Source: Octopus sinensis (Eukaryota). From it: a stretch of 64,000 nucleotides of DNA. Positions 36,959 to 50,181 of the stretch are shown here, one piece after another (positions within the stretch are counted from its first letter, which is position 1; the number at the start of each line of letters is the position of its first letter). The notes beneath the pieces were generated by a model that had not been told where the DNA came from, did no database searches, and saw only the letters and a program-made list of their open reading frames with translations. A program made the position numbers and the translations under genes. The stretch lies in the NCBI RefSeq assembly GCF_006345805.1, contig NC_042998.1, positions 167,400,001 to 167,464,000 on the forward strand, given 5' to 3'.

Positions 36959-37268
36959 CCATAGCCAGGATGGAGGGACATATATAGTTGTATTATCCGT
37001 GTATGGTGACAGAAACAAACGCAAGCACATACACATATGATACAATATATTTGCAGCATGCAGCCATATGTCTACACAACTAATTGCTACATCTGAGCAT
37101 GCATGCACATATACATATATATATACACGCACGCACACAAACACACACACATATGCACGTATCATACATCGGCACTTAGTTCAATATATCCTAACTGTGC
37201 TACCCAAAAATATTGCACATGCACACACATATGCGTGTCCACTTACAACCCACACATAAGCGTATATA

Positions 37269-39103
37269 CAGGCATACCTCAGCTTAAGTCGTTTCGATTT
37301 AAGTTGTTCTCGATTATACGGCGATTTTCAAAAATAGTATATGGAAAAATAAAAATCAAGTCATTTTACTCGACTTTTACGTCTGGGATCTTTTCAGTTT
37401 GAACGGCAGTTTTTTAAAATAATTTCTATGTAACTAAACACTTTTAAACTTCGTATACTGGTAGAATGTGTTTATAAAACATCTTTTTCTCTTGGCTTTC
37501 TTGAGAAAATTCTGTAGTTTGTAAGATATTTGTAAGATATATTCTTCAATTTTGGTAATTTCAACCAGTCAATGACGTCTATTGAGGTGAAAATATTATC
37601 TGCCGTAAAATTTTCTGGCGGTGAAATATGAAAATGCCCCTCGTTTAAAAAACAGATTGGGTTTATTTACATTTCTGAAAAAAAAAAGATACCCTTCCCC
37701 CCCACCCTAACCTAAACCCTAACCTTAACCCTAATCCTGACTCGACCCCTAACCCTATCTCTAATCCTAACCCTAAAACAGATTGAAATGATCGATACTA
37801 GGGTCATAATTATGGGTGGACACGAAAGAGGGAACGGTTTTGTTATCCAGCTCTGCTTACGAGTGACCCCTCAGTTTATGGCCACAGGGTATCTTTTTTC
37901 TCATAAAAAACAGGGACATTTTCATATGACGCCGCCATAAAATGTTACGGCAGAAATCGTTTTCACCTCAATAGACGTCATTGATTGGTTGAAATTGCCG
38001 AAATGCAAGAAATTAAAGACCAAATATCTTACAAACTATAGAATTTTCCCAAGAAAGCCAAGAGAAAAAGATGTTTTATAAACACATTCTATCAATATAC
38101 GAAGTTTAAAATTTTTTAGTTACATAGAAATTATTTTTAAAAACTGCCGTTCAAACCGAAAAGATCCTACGTCTGTCCGCTACAAATATTGGAATCGTAA
38201 AATCACTACAAAACCGTTAAGTCACATACCATCATATTACTGTACAATAAATAAGAATAAAAAGAATAAAATCATATTATAATACGTACAGTAAATGTTA
38301 AGATGCACACACCATAAAGTTGTGTAGCTTAGTGAACGAAATCATGAAATCAGATGTAGTTATCGGTCTTTCGGAGCTCATATTGCACTGTAGTTCCAGT
38401 ATCTACCGTTATGCGTCGTTGTCACTCGTGATTCCCGTGATTATTTTGAATTCAGATCTGTTTAGTCCGTTTATCGGCTACTTTCTCATAATCATTCATT
38501 TGTGACTCTACCCACCCCCCACTGGCTCTTATGAAAATTTGTAGTGAAATAATTGCTATCTTCAAGCGTTAATATATGAAGCGTACGCTGCGGCAAGCAA
38601 TAGCTACAACTGCACTTGATGAATCAATCCATCACAATCCATCGTTACTTCTGGAAGAGATACGATATCTACCAAGGCTGTGCAGAACACAGCAGTGGCA
38701 TGGAATAATGTACAGAACACGGTTATGAACGGTGTATGGAACAAGCTATGCCCGCAATTCGTGAATGATTTTAAGGGGTTTGATAATGTTGCTATCAACA
38801 AAACGTTGGTGACTACGAGCAAAGAAATGGAAATGGATTTGGAGGAGGATTTATTTGAAAAAGGCAGCAATCCCTGATGAACGAGGATTTGATAGAGCTT
38901 CACAAACAACAAAATAAAGAAGAAGAGGAAGTCGAACCTGATCCACGTCACTTTACCATAAAGAAAATGCAGCAAGTATTTGCAAATATTGAAAAAGGTA
39001 ATTCTATGTTCGAGGATATGGACCCAAATGCACAACGCTTTTCCAAGATTATGGGGGCTTGTCACGAAGCTTTTGCTCCTTATAATGTAAGCCTTGAGGT
39101 GCT
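37269..39103 (+). mobile_element. Decayed Tigger/pogo element (left TIR plus transposase C-terminal remnant), split by a foldback insertion
   Basis: TA|CAGGCATACCTC left end; AVAWNNVQNTVMNGVWNKLCPQFVNDFKGF and NEDLIEL...FEDMDPNAQRF at 38560-39100. Confidence 0.75.
37385..38167. mobile_element. Long-TIR non-autonomous DNA element with internal (CCCTAA)-like tract
   Basis: ~265-bp imperfect TIRs starting GGGATCTTTTC; flanked by TACGTCT at 37378-37384 and 38168-38174; degenerate CCCTAA repeats ~37704-37775. Confidence 0.8.
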
Positions 39104-39324
39104 CTAGCATAGCCGCAGTGAAATATATATATATATTCTTTCATTCTTTTACTTGCTCAGTATCAGGTCGTGTATAAGTCTTCAAAAAATTACAAAAATC
39201 GATTCCAGGTGAGAATGAGATCGATAAAGCCGTGGGAACGTGCATTTGTAAAATCGTTTTTCTTGGAAGAGAAAAAGTCTATCTTTATTTCTTCTTTTTC
39301 TGGTGTCTCAAATTTAGATTAAAT

Positions 39325-39720
39325 CAGTGTTTCTCAAAGGGGAGGCCTATGGGACGGTCGGCCAAAAGAGACAGTTCAAGTAACTCTCAATCGGTTTTTT
39401 TAAGCGCATCGAACAACAAGAACAGCCAGAGTTGGATGTTCATGCTGACGACCCATAGCCATCTACATCCGCAACGTAAACCACCAAATTGTATGTAGGT
39501 ATTGGTAAATTTTAAATAATTTAAAATTTTTTTTACTATTGCAAGATAATAATAATTATTGAATTTGTTTTTTAAGCTTTAAAAAGACATTTATTTTACC
39601 ATGTCTTACTGCAAACCGCATTCACATATAAAACGTCCGTTACGTACGGTAGACCACCAAATTGTATTCGTAAATTTAGATTACATTTTTTTTTTACTTT
39701 ACTGTATTAACAAATAAAAA
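39325..39720 (+). mobile_element. hAT (Charlie-like) left-end fragment
   Basis: Starts CAGTGTTTCTCAAA. Confidence 0.45.
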
Positions 39721-39882
39721 TTATTTGCTTGTAAGCTTAAAATAGGTTTTTATTAAACATGTATTATTGAAAATGCATTCATAAAGTACAAAACTGGCAA
39801 TGGTTATTATCGGTTTAGCTGCGAAACAAGAAAATGAACCAATTAACGACGTAGGGTGAGGTATATCTGTATGTATATATGC

Positions 39883-39964
<82 letters not shown>

Positions 39965-39965
39965 A

Positions 39966-39989
<24 letters not shown>

Positions 39990-39997
<8 letters not shown>

Positions 39998-40661
39998 CAT
40001 ACATACATATATAAAATACAAAATGGGACAAGAACGCAAAACATCCGGACAACTAGGTGATACAAAAAGAGGCAACAAAACATCCAAATTGACGATACAA
40101 AAAACAAGGACGGGTCATTCGAAGTCTTTTATCCTCAGTCAAGAACCAGATCATCCTCGCAATTTCGGCTGATTAATCTTGAGATTGCTCCAATCTGGCC
40201 AACCCCGAGGAAAAACCAAGCCAAGAGCATTAGATTCGTTGGAAAAAAAGCATCGAATGTATACGAAAACAAGGACGGAGGTGGTACTCTAGCATAGCCG
40301 CAGTGAAATATATATATATATATTCTTTCATTCTTTTACTTGCTCAGTATCAGGTCGTGTATAAGTCTTGAAAAAATTACAAAAATCGATTCCAGGTGAG
40401 AATGAGATCGATAAAGCCGTGGGAACGTGGATTTGTAAAATCGTTTTTCTTGGAAGAGAAAAAAGTCTATCTTTATTTCTTCTTTTTCTGGTGTCTCAAA
40501 TTTAGATTAAATCAGTGTTTCTCAAAGGGGAGGCCTATGGGACGGTCGGACAAGTTTCGAGAAAATTCCGTTTAAATGTTTGACAACTCAGCACCGTCTA
40601 TTGGACGGGGGTGGTTTGCTCGTATATATATATGGGTGTGTATATATATGATATATATATG

Positions 40662-40734
<73 letters not shown>

Positions 40735-41450
40735 GTGTATATATGTGTATATATATACATACATACATATATAAAATACAAAATGGGACAAGAACGCAAA
40801 ACATCCGGACAACTAGGTGATACAAAAAGAGGCAACAAAACATCCAAATTGACGATACAAAAAACAAGGACGGGTCATTCGAAGTCTTTTATCCTCAGTC
40901 AAGAACCAGATCATCCTCGCAATTTCGGCTGATTAATCTTGAGATTGCTCCAATCTGGCCAACCCCGAGGAAAAACCAAGCCAAGAGCATTAGATTCGTT
41001 GGAAAAAAAGCATCGAATGTATACGAAAACAAGGACGGAGGTGGTACTCTAGCATAGCCGCAGTGAAATATATATATATATTCTTTCATTCTTTTACTTG
41101 CTCAGTATCAGGTCGTGTATAAGTCTTGAAAAAATTACAAAAATCGATTCCAGGTGAGAATGAGATCGATAAAGCCGTGGGAACGTGGATTTGTAAAATC
41201 GTTTTCTTGGAAGAGAAAAAAGTCTATCTTATTTCTTCTTTTTCTGGTGTCTCAAATTTAGATTAAATCAGTGTTTCTCAAAGGGGAGGCCTATGGGACG
41301 GTCGGACAAGTTTCGAGAAAATTCCGTTTAAATGTTTGACAACTCAGCACCGTCTATTGGACGGGGGTGGTTTGCTCGTATATATATATGGTGTGTATAT
41401 ATATGATATATATGTATGTATATATATATATATATAATATATATATATAT

Positions 41451-41510
<60 letters not shown>
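39990..41510. repeat. Tandem duplication of a ~760-bp composite unit
   Basis: Near-identical blocks at 760-bp spacing (e.g. 40287 and 41047); part of the unit also occurs at 39102-39361. Confidence 0.85.
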
Positions 41511-41534
<24 letters not shown>

Positions 41535-41545
41535 ATATATATATG

Positions 41546-41577
<32 letters not shown>

Positions 41578-41602
41578 TGTATGTATGTATGTATGTATGT
41601 AT

Positions 41603-42510
41603 AATTAAATCATTTCATGATGGGATGGAGGCTTGGGTCAATGTTGGTGGTGGCATGGCGGGACCCATTTCTGTAGAAAATGGTGTCAAGCAGGGTGACG
41701 CTGCTTTTACTCATATTTTTGCTAAGGTTAGCTCTCTGGGAATATATGTGAGGTATTGATCTTCTGGCTGCCTCTTTAACCTGCGCTGATCTGCTGCCAA
41801 TTCAAAAGTTTTCCAGGCTTTTATTCGTGACCTTCTATATGCAGATGACATGCAAATACTTATGAACTGTATTTCTGATTCTTGCAAGGCATTTGAACTC
41901 AGCATTAAACTCGACAAACCTGCACCAGGAAATCCATACGTGGAACCAGCTATCTTGGTTGAAGGAACAATACTGAAAGTAGTAAAGTTTGTCAACCTGG
42001 GCAGCACACTCAGCCGTTCTTACTTCCTGGATGATGAAATATCTTTCAGGTTGCAGCATTGAGATGATGGTGCACAAGCACCGGTTACGTTGTACTGGAC
42101 ACCTCAGTGATAGCAGGGTCCCCAAAACAGATGTTATAGAAGGAACTTGTTAGAGGAAAAAGATCCTGGCAGAAACCAAGGCTGCGATTTAAGGAATGAG
42201 TCAAGTCCTCCTTAAAGGCCTTTGATATGCAGGAGACCGACTGGGAGAGCAATGCTTGTTATCACCACAGATGAAGGAAGTAAGTTAAGGAGTGGGTCGA
42301 CACCTTTGAAAGAGTACGTATTCTGCATGAAGAATTTAATCGTGCTACTCGAAAGTGCACTGCTAGCATAGTGAATAGGGAAAGCTTGATTTGCAATGTT
42401 TGCAGTCGTGTATGCTTGTCAAGAGCATGGCTCATTAGACACCAACAGAGCCGTAATTGCAAGATATAAGTTAGTTCTAGAGCGCTCACTAATCCTAAAG
42501 GTCAGCAATG
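41603..42510 (+). mobile_element. Decayed RTE-clade LINE (RT and C-terminus)
   Basis: IIKSFHDGM...VENGVKQGD; RDLLYADD; FVNLGSTLS; ICNVCSRVCLSRAWLIRH. Confidence 0.85.
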
Positions 42511-42552
42511 ATCTTCCTCGGTCATATTTTGTATATATATATATATCTATAT

Positions 42553-42638
<86 letters not shown>

Positions 42639-42784
42639 CAAAATATGACCGAGGAAGATCATTGCTGACCTTTAGGATTAGTGAGCGCTCTAGAACTAAC
42701 TTATATCTTGCAATTACGGCTCTGTTGGTGTCTAATGAGCCATGCTCTTGACAAGCATACACGACTGCAAACATTGCAAATCAA
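42386..42784. repeat. 149-bp inverted repeat, apparently identical arms, around (AT)n
   Basis: 42386-42534 vs 42636-42784. Confidence 0.9.
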
Positions 42785-42791
42785 AACATTG

Positions 42792-42850
<59 letters not shown>

Positions 42851-43023
42851 TATATATAATAGTTCACAAATTTCCCCATTTGTCTATGATGACCTAACAT
42901 CCCATATTCTGAGATATCCCAGAAACAGCTGTTAGATTTTGAATCTTTTTTTCCAGAAATACTAATGTAAATGACTTCAGAGGTTTGCATTGCTTTAACA
43001 TTTGGTGTCCTCTTTAACAATTA

Positions 43024-43930
43024 TCTACTACATATACGGGAAATTCTGTCAGTGGGTGTGTTTGTGGAGTTGTTAGCAAACTCCTCTTACATCGTTTTAC
43101 CGATTTTGATGAAACTTGACACGTGAGTAAAACACTCATGTATGGAAACCTCATGGCATACTCAGATTGTTGAAAAAAATCGATAATAGGGATCCTGGAA
43201 GAAATCCCTATATAATATGTCTAATACATTTTATTTTAAAAGCCAAGGGAAATAACCCATTCGCCCTTGGAAGGGATCCTTATATACAGCCAGAGGAAAC
43301 AACCCATTCATTTTCCTAAATTATTTGGTAAAAATGAAATTGAGTATGCTTATTTCCTAGTAATTAAACTGTTAGAGTTATTTTCGCAATTTATCCAGTA
43401 CAATCCTTAAATAAGTAAATAGTTTTTTTCCTAAACGACAGATCCACTTATTTCGGTTAGTGACTTATTCACGAATACACTAACACTAGCGCCGCTAAGG
43501 GTAAAATTCTCAGGGAACGCACAAAAGCCCTTTTTAGAGTTATGTATTTTGAATTGTTATTATTTCATATTACGTAACATGCTTCACGATTTTAGTATAC
43601 ATACCTAATTAGTATTTCCTGTTATGTTCTATATACTCCGGGAATGCATTAAAGCCCTTTTCGGGGCTACTTTATTTGAATTCTTACAATCGAGTAACTA
43701 ATTTCATATTATTACATAACTGACTTCACAATTCGGGTATTCATAACTTATTGGAAATTCCTAAAAACAAGATCTTGTGTAAGACAGTTCGGTATTCTCT
43801 GTAAATGCTCAAAAACCATTTTAAGGCCTACATACTTTTTATTGTTGTTTTTGGATTAGCGAAACAATTATGAGAACGGAACCAAGGGATAAGCCCCCCT
43901 TTCCCGGGAATTACCGGGTGCGTCAGTTAG
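43024..43930 (+). mobile_element. Non-autonomous Helitron/Helentron-like element
   Basis: A|TC start, ccgattttgatgaaacttg motif, subterminal hairpin cccggg-aatta-ccggg, terminal TTAG|T. Confidence 0.65.
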
Positions 43931-44019
43931 TACGTGTGTGGGGGGGGGGGGGTGAGCACATGTGTGTACAAACACACACATATATACATGCATACATACA
44001 CACATATATATATGTATAC

Positions 44020-44262
44020 GCAGGAGCGGCTGCGTGGTAAGTAGCTTGCTAACCAACCCATGGTTCTGAGTTCAGTCCCGCTGCGTGGTAACTTGGGCAA
44101 GTGTCTTCTACTATAGCCTTAGACCGACCAAAGCCTTGCGAGTGGATTTGGTAGACGGAAACTGAAAGAAGCACGTCATATGTATATATACCTGTGTGTG
44201 TGTATGTGTGTGTGTATGCACGTGTGCGTGTGTTTATGTCTGTGTTTGTCACCCCACCATCG
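44020..44262 (+). mobile_element. SINE family C, 3' truncated
   Basis: gcaggagcggctgcgtggtaagtagcttgct...ggatttggtagacggaaactgaaagaagc. Confidence 0.8.
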
Positions 44263-44623
44263 GTAAAAGTCATAAAAATCCCACTAATTAATACTAATTA
44301 TAGTAGAGATATATATTTGCATGAATAGTAATATATATGATGATCCTCTTAAGACAACAATATATAGTGTTCTCGTCTTAAGAAGATCCTTATAACACAA
44401 CTTCACTTCGTAAAACTGTCCCCCTCCAGAACATACACTATAGGAATATATTTACAAAAATAGTTTAGATATATATTTGCATGAATATAGATATATATGT
44501 GTGTTTGAACGTAAAAATTTACGCATGAATTTCATAAACGTGTTTTTTTTTTATAGATGTTCGTATAGGCATATAAATCCATATACCTCTTACAACACAA
44601 ACACAGAGAGCGCGAGAGAGAGC

Positions 44624-44657
<34 letters not shown>

Positions 44658-45233
44658 CAGAGACAGAGACAACAGACAGACAGAAGGAGAAAGAGGGGAG
44701 TACAGATAGAGAGTGATGCAGATGGAAAAAGAAGGAGAGAGAGATACTGAGAGACACGGAACAAGCCTGATATAAATACATACGGATGTACGAATACTTC
44801 ATATAACGTTTGTAGGAGAAACAGGAAGAGGAAGGAATGAGTATCCTTGTCCTTAAAGTGGTTAAGCCGTTAAGGGAGGAAATAGAGGAAAATGTTGAGT
44901 CTGGAACACATATAGCGTGGCAGACTCTGTGTGTGTGTGTGGTGTGTGTGTGTGTGTGTGTGTATGCGTGCGTATGTGTGTGTGTGTGTGCGCGCGCAGA
45001 TCTGTGTGTGTGAAACATACATACACTGTAATATTGATATGTTTACATATATATGCATATATATATATAAATATGTATATGTATAGCCACCATAATTTAG
45101 GGTATCTACGGCATACCGCCACGCTGGAAATAGCAGCCAAAATCTGACTCTAAAACCACATTAAATGTTCATACAGCACAAGGAAAGAAGACAAAATAAC
45201 AAAATAAACTAGCAAAAAATTATTGGATAATTC

Positions 45234-45280
45234 CAGATCCCGGATTTCCGACTTTGCATAAGAAATGCTTTGTCTCTTCA

Positions 45281-45283
<3 letters not shown>
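45234..45283 (-). ncRNA. Hammerhead-like motif, stem I truncated by (TA)n
   Basis: Minus strand: TA-CTGAAGA-GAC-AAA-GCAT-TTCTT-ATGC-AAA-GTC-G-GAAAT-CCGGG-ATC-TG. Confidence 0.45.
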
Positions 45284-45319
<36 letters not shown>

Positions 45320-46026
45320 ATGCATATAACCGCACATACATACGTGTGTACAAATGTGATTGTGCTTGCTTCTTACGCACATGCACGCTCGCTCGCTTAC
45401 ACGTACACGCATACACTATTGTATAGACACACGTAGTTGCAGACATACATAAATATAAAATAAGCGACCTTAAGTGCGTGCGCGCGTGTCTGTGTATATG
45501 TGTGTGTGTGCATGCGCGGTGCGCGGAGCTGAGTCTCTACGTGGGTATGCATGCATGGACATGTAAATATGTAGAGAGCGGGAGGGGGAAAGAAGGGAGA
45601 AAGGTTTTGAGAGCGAAAAAATGTGGAACGAGGGGAGTGTTGTGTTTCGCTGATAGCAAAAACCCTCTGTCAGCCGTGTGCTTGTTTCAAATACGACTTC
45701 TATCGGTCTCTGTATTCGTTCATAAGGCGGAAAAGAGTGGTTGTATCTGAGGTGTCATCTTACTATCCAAGGTCTTGTAGACAGGAGGCGAGGAGAGCCA
45801 AGTAGTCTGAGGTATGATGATCGTTATAGAAACAATATGAAGATAGTACACAGCCACCCTATTTTTTACTCTCTCTCTCTCTCTTTCTCTCCTTCTCTTC
45901 CCCTTCACATACAGGCAAGATAGACGCACAGACACACACATACCCATGCACATACACAAAAGCGATAAAAACAATAGTACTCGCACGTATACGCTGACAT
46001 GTTATGATTTAGATAGAGATATAGAC

Positions 46027-46131
<105 letters not shown>

Positions 46132-46229
46132 TAGATAGATAGATAGATAGAGGAGAGAGAGAGGAGACAGACAGACAGACAGACAGACTGACAGACAGAC
46201 AGATATGGTTCCTTATATTATTGTTGTTG

Positions 46230-47010
46230 TAATTCAATGGCTAAGTCCTGGTACTTTGCTATTTTTACTATACTTCTCATATTGATTTTTTTCATCATTT
46301 GAAACTGTAAAGTCAATTATCTGGCATTTTCTATTCTCTTTACCTACTACTACTAAATCAGGCTTTCTAGCTTCTATCACTCTGTCAATCTAAAATCCCA
46401 CATCTTGTATTTTTACTTTCTGGTACTTTACTAGGTTCATGTTCATACCATTTATTAGTATGTTCAAATCCTAGTTTTCTACATAACTCCGAAGGTTATC
46501 ATGTCTTTTCTTGTATTCTTTTTGTGTCAGCATGCTAGATTCACTTACAATATCAGTCACGCTTTCCTCTTCAGATTTGCATAACCTACTTTGGGAATCT
46601 ACTTGGTTTTCTTTATTTTGGCTTTTATCTAATTAGTCCTTAATGCTTGATCTTGTTCCGTTACTAACAAGCTTTCTATCTCCGTTTTCAGCTTTCCTTT
46701 CTGCAACCATAGCCATGTCTCACTACTACTATTTGCTTCAACTATCTTTGGGAATCTACCTTCAGCCAGTCAGATGATTTCTGCTCTTTTTTCTGGTTTT
46801 TAACTTCTTTTGAGATTTTGTTTTTCCTATGTCTTGCTGTGACTGTAGCAGCTTTTAATAAGCTTTTGCCACTATTACCTACATAGGAGTCTATATCTAC
46901 TCTAGCTAACTCCACGCAGTCTTCTACTGATATCAGCCCTCTTCCGCACGAGTCAGCGTTCAATGTCATAAATCCGTGTACATTCGTATTCAATATGTTC
47001 GAATATACTA
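46230..47010 (-). mobile_element. Decayed R4/Dong-like LINE
   Basis: GRGLISVEDCVELA; TQKEYKKRHDNL; KIAKYQDLAIEL. Confidence 0.8.
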
Positions 47011-47163
47011 GGACGTGAGAACACCCTCCACTGCAGAATTAGTCCCTGGAGAAAATTCTCTTGTTTGAAACACAATATTGGCGGTGAATTACGTTATTAG
47101 ATTGTGGGATGTATGCATTTCAGTATCGTTTCTCTACGTCAACTGCGAAAACTAAATCTGTCA

Positions 47164-47752
47164 CTCTGCCTCTAGATGATGTACCTTAATTACCAAATGG
47201 CAGTTTTGACCAGGTCCACTTGAGAAGGGAGCGGTTCAAGATTTTTTCCAAAACTGACATGGCATTAAGTAAAAGAACAAACATGCTGATGAAGGATATT
47301 GAACTAGAAACATATGTCCATGACTCTTCATCAACAGACAATTAGCTTGGCATTTATGAGGATTCTTGGATCCTCAGATTATCTCTCTTTCTCAAGTGAA
47401 GCTGGTCCTAATATCCATTTGGCAACTATGTAAGCTATATTAGGCAAAGATGGAGATAATTCTAATAAATTGTGTAGTATTTAACGAAACAGTATTTGTC
47501 TATGTTATTCAAATACATGCCACAGGTCACTTCGAGTTATCTCTCTTAGCTCATTATTGTTTAAATTAACTAGGGCACAAATGTTTCCTCCTCTGTTTTG
47601 TATAAGTCTAAATCTTTTAACTACTGAAAATGAAGTCGGAAATGGCATGTCAGTTATGGAGATTTATTGAATCTTGAGATCAGCCCCCATTCTCAAATGG
47701 CGGCGCTCAAAATTGCCATTTGGTACTTGGGATGCGTCCTCTAGAGGCGGAG
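47164..47752. mobile_element. ~590-bp element with diverged ~100-110-bp inverted ends and internal HHR
   Basis: Arms 47164-47266 and 47641-47752. Confidence 0.65.
47282..47322 (+). ncRNA. Minimal type I hammerhead motif
   Basis: CATG-CTGATGA(47286-47292)-AG-GATATTGAA-CT-A-GAAAC(47307-47311)-ATAT-GTC-CATG; palindromic tetraloop, GUC site. Confidence 0.7.
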
Positions 47753-47999
47753 ATAATTTTAATGACTCAAGAATGTGTGTGTGTGTTTATTTTCTCTTAT
47801 TCCTTTCTGTTGAAGAGCGTAAAGTCCAAACGTAAAAGACTTTTTCATTTTCCCGAGCGTCAATCTAATACACTTGCTTGCTGTTCATACACTTGTCTTC
47901 GTCTTTCGTTTCTCTATAAATTTCAAACTTATATATATATATATATATATGTGTGTGTATGTATGTATATATAATATATGTGTGTGTATGTATGTATGT

Positions 48000-48078
<79 letters not shown>

Positions 48079-48361
48079 GATATATAATATATATGATGTT
48101 TTGTTGTCCCCTTTTGTATCACCTAGTTGTCCGGATGTGTTTGCGTTCTTGTCCCATTTTGTATTTTATTTTATATGTATATATATATATATTTATTTAT
48201 TTATACCTTAGATGTGTATTCTATTTACATTAACTGGTATATGATTGTTGGATATAGTTAACCAAATTCTTTTAAAAATGAGTAATTTATTGATATCTGC
48301 CTGGACTTTTTAATCTCTTTGTTCTTTCTAAGTACACGCACACACACACACACACACACAT

Positions 48362-48400
<39 letters not shown>

Positions 48401-48705
48401 AAACAAAAACATCCTCAGAATGATCAGTGCTATGAATATGGAAAATAAACTGAATTAATGAGTATTAAATGTCATATAACGTAAATTCTTGATATATTGA
48501 AATGTTCTTCCAATAGAGAGAAATTTAAACAAATACTTTGTGGCAAATGCAACCGACTCTGATTGAAGAGACAAGTGTTCTCCAAAATCCACAAACCACT
48601 TAGGAAAAGGCAATCAGATTGACTGGGAACAAGAAAAAGCTGTATACACGTGATTCAGTACGGGATTTATCCTACCTTGACTCAAACAGTCAAGATACCT
48701 GCACA

Positions 48706-49176
48706 TACGAGGGTCGGCCGGAAACTTCATAGGCTGACTAAGATAATCTCATGGAACGTGACCGAATGGGGCTTACTTTTCAACAGCCCCCCCCCCCACT
48801 GCAGTCCATACACTTCCATCGGTATCGCAGTGCTTCGATCCTATTCTTGGAGAAACTTTCATCCTGTTGGTCAAAAAAAGTCAGCAACAGCAGATATAAC
48901 GTCATCATCACAGCGATACTGGTTCCCAGCCGTTTTTCATGCTGGAAACAGATCATAGTCAGATGGGGCCAAATCCGGAGAATAGGGAGGGTGATCAATC
49001 AGTTCAAAGTATAGCAGCTATTGAAACCAAGGACTTGTGTGCTGAAGTATTGTCCTTATCAAACAATACCCCTTTCGTCAGTTTTCCTGGGCGTTTGGTC
49101 TTGATAGCCTTTCGTAACTGTCTTAGCGAGCTGACTTCTTCACAATCAGCCTATGAAATTTTCAGCCCACCATGTA
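48706..49176 (-). mobile_element. Internally deleted mariner element
   Basis: Minus strand HPPYSPDLAPSDYDLF...DDDV; imperfect TIRs around ttcataggctga; TA flanks. Confidence 0.85.
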
Positions 49177-50147
49177 CGCAAGAAGAACAGAATACATTTA
49201 TGGCTTATGGTTCTTAAAAGCTTGACCATAACTTGCCAACGAGTTTGGTCTGGTAGCTGCTACCACTTTTTCGTTAATTGATTTAAGTATGTAAGCGAGC
49301 AAATATAGGTATACATTTTCTCGTCCTTCCAATCTTTGATGCAGCGGATATGACCACTCGAAGATGAGAGAAATGCACCAGCATTCCGCCGGTGCTAATT
49401 TTCATTTGAGCGGTTTAAAGCAATGTGAAGCTATCTGTCTCGTTCAATGACACAGTATATGCGCCACCCAGTAAGGGAATAAAACTAATCCCTCTCCTTA
49501 ACTCTGTTGATCTTTTACCAAAATTTATTCGCTTTCGCTTTGCTTTCTTTCCAACGGAAGTTTGACATGATTATTATGTCACTAAAACAAGATTGTGCGC
49601 TGGCAGTATCGTAAGCACGCCGGAAAAAAGAATTTGCAGCATTGCTCAAATTCCACCGAGGTCGACTTTGCCTTTCGGGGTCGGTAAAATCAGTATCAGT
49701 TGAGCATGGAGGTGCACAAAAAATTTCAGGCTTTGTGCTGATGGTAGAAAGGATTGATTCATTAAATCTAATATCGCTATCGTTGTCGTCGATGTCATTG
49801 GAGTGTCAGAATCGGTAGCGATCTGGCAGTATATTATGACTATTTATAGTGATGTCCCTTTGCCTTTACGACTCAAGTTCGAATTCAACCTAAGTTATCC
49901 ATTGTTTTACCGCATTCCCGCATTGGATATCGTAAGGACCAATCAAGTACTGAACTCGATTATATTAAATACACACTTCTCCAGAAAATGTATGACCTTG
50001 TTTTTTGCTCTCATGAATGAGATTTAGAAAGCATGTGTGTGTGCGAGTGTTTCTGTGTGTGTATGTATGTGTGCGCGTGCGCGTGTGTAGATATAATGTA
50101 TGTATACATGTGTATACATATGCACACGTATATATATATACATATAT

Positions 50148-50181
<34 letters not shown>

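Noticed and set aside
37704-37775. Telomere or chromosome fusion site
   Set aside because: Short, degenerate and enclosed between the TIRs of a transposon.
40110-40160. HHR-like CTGAGGA...GAATG on the minus strand (also ~59990)
   Set aside because: GAAA core is broken and stems are weak; too degenerate to call.
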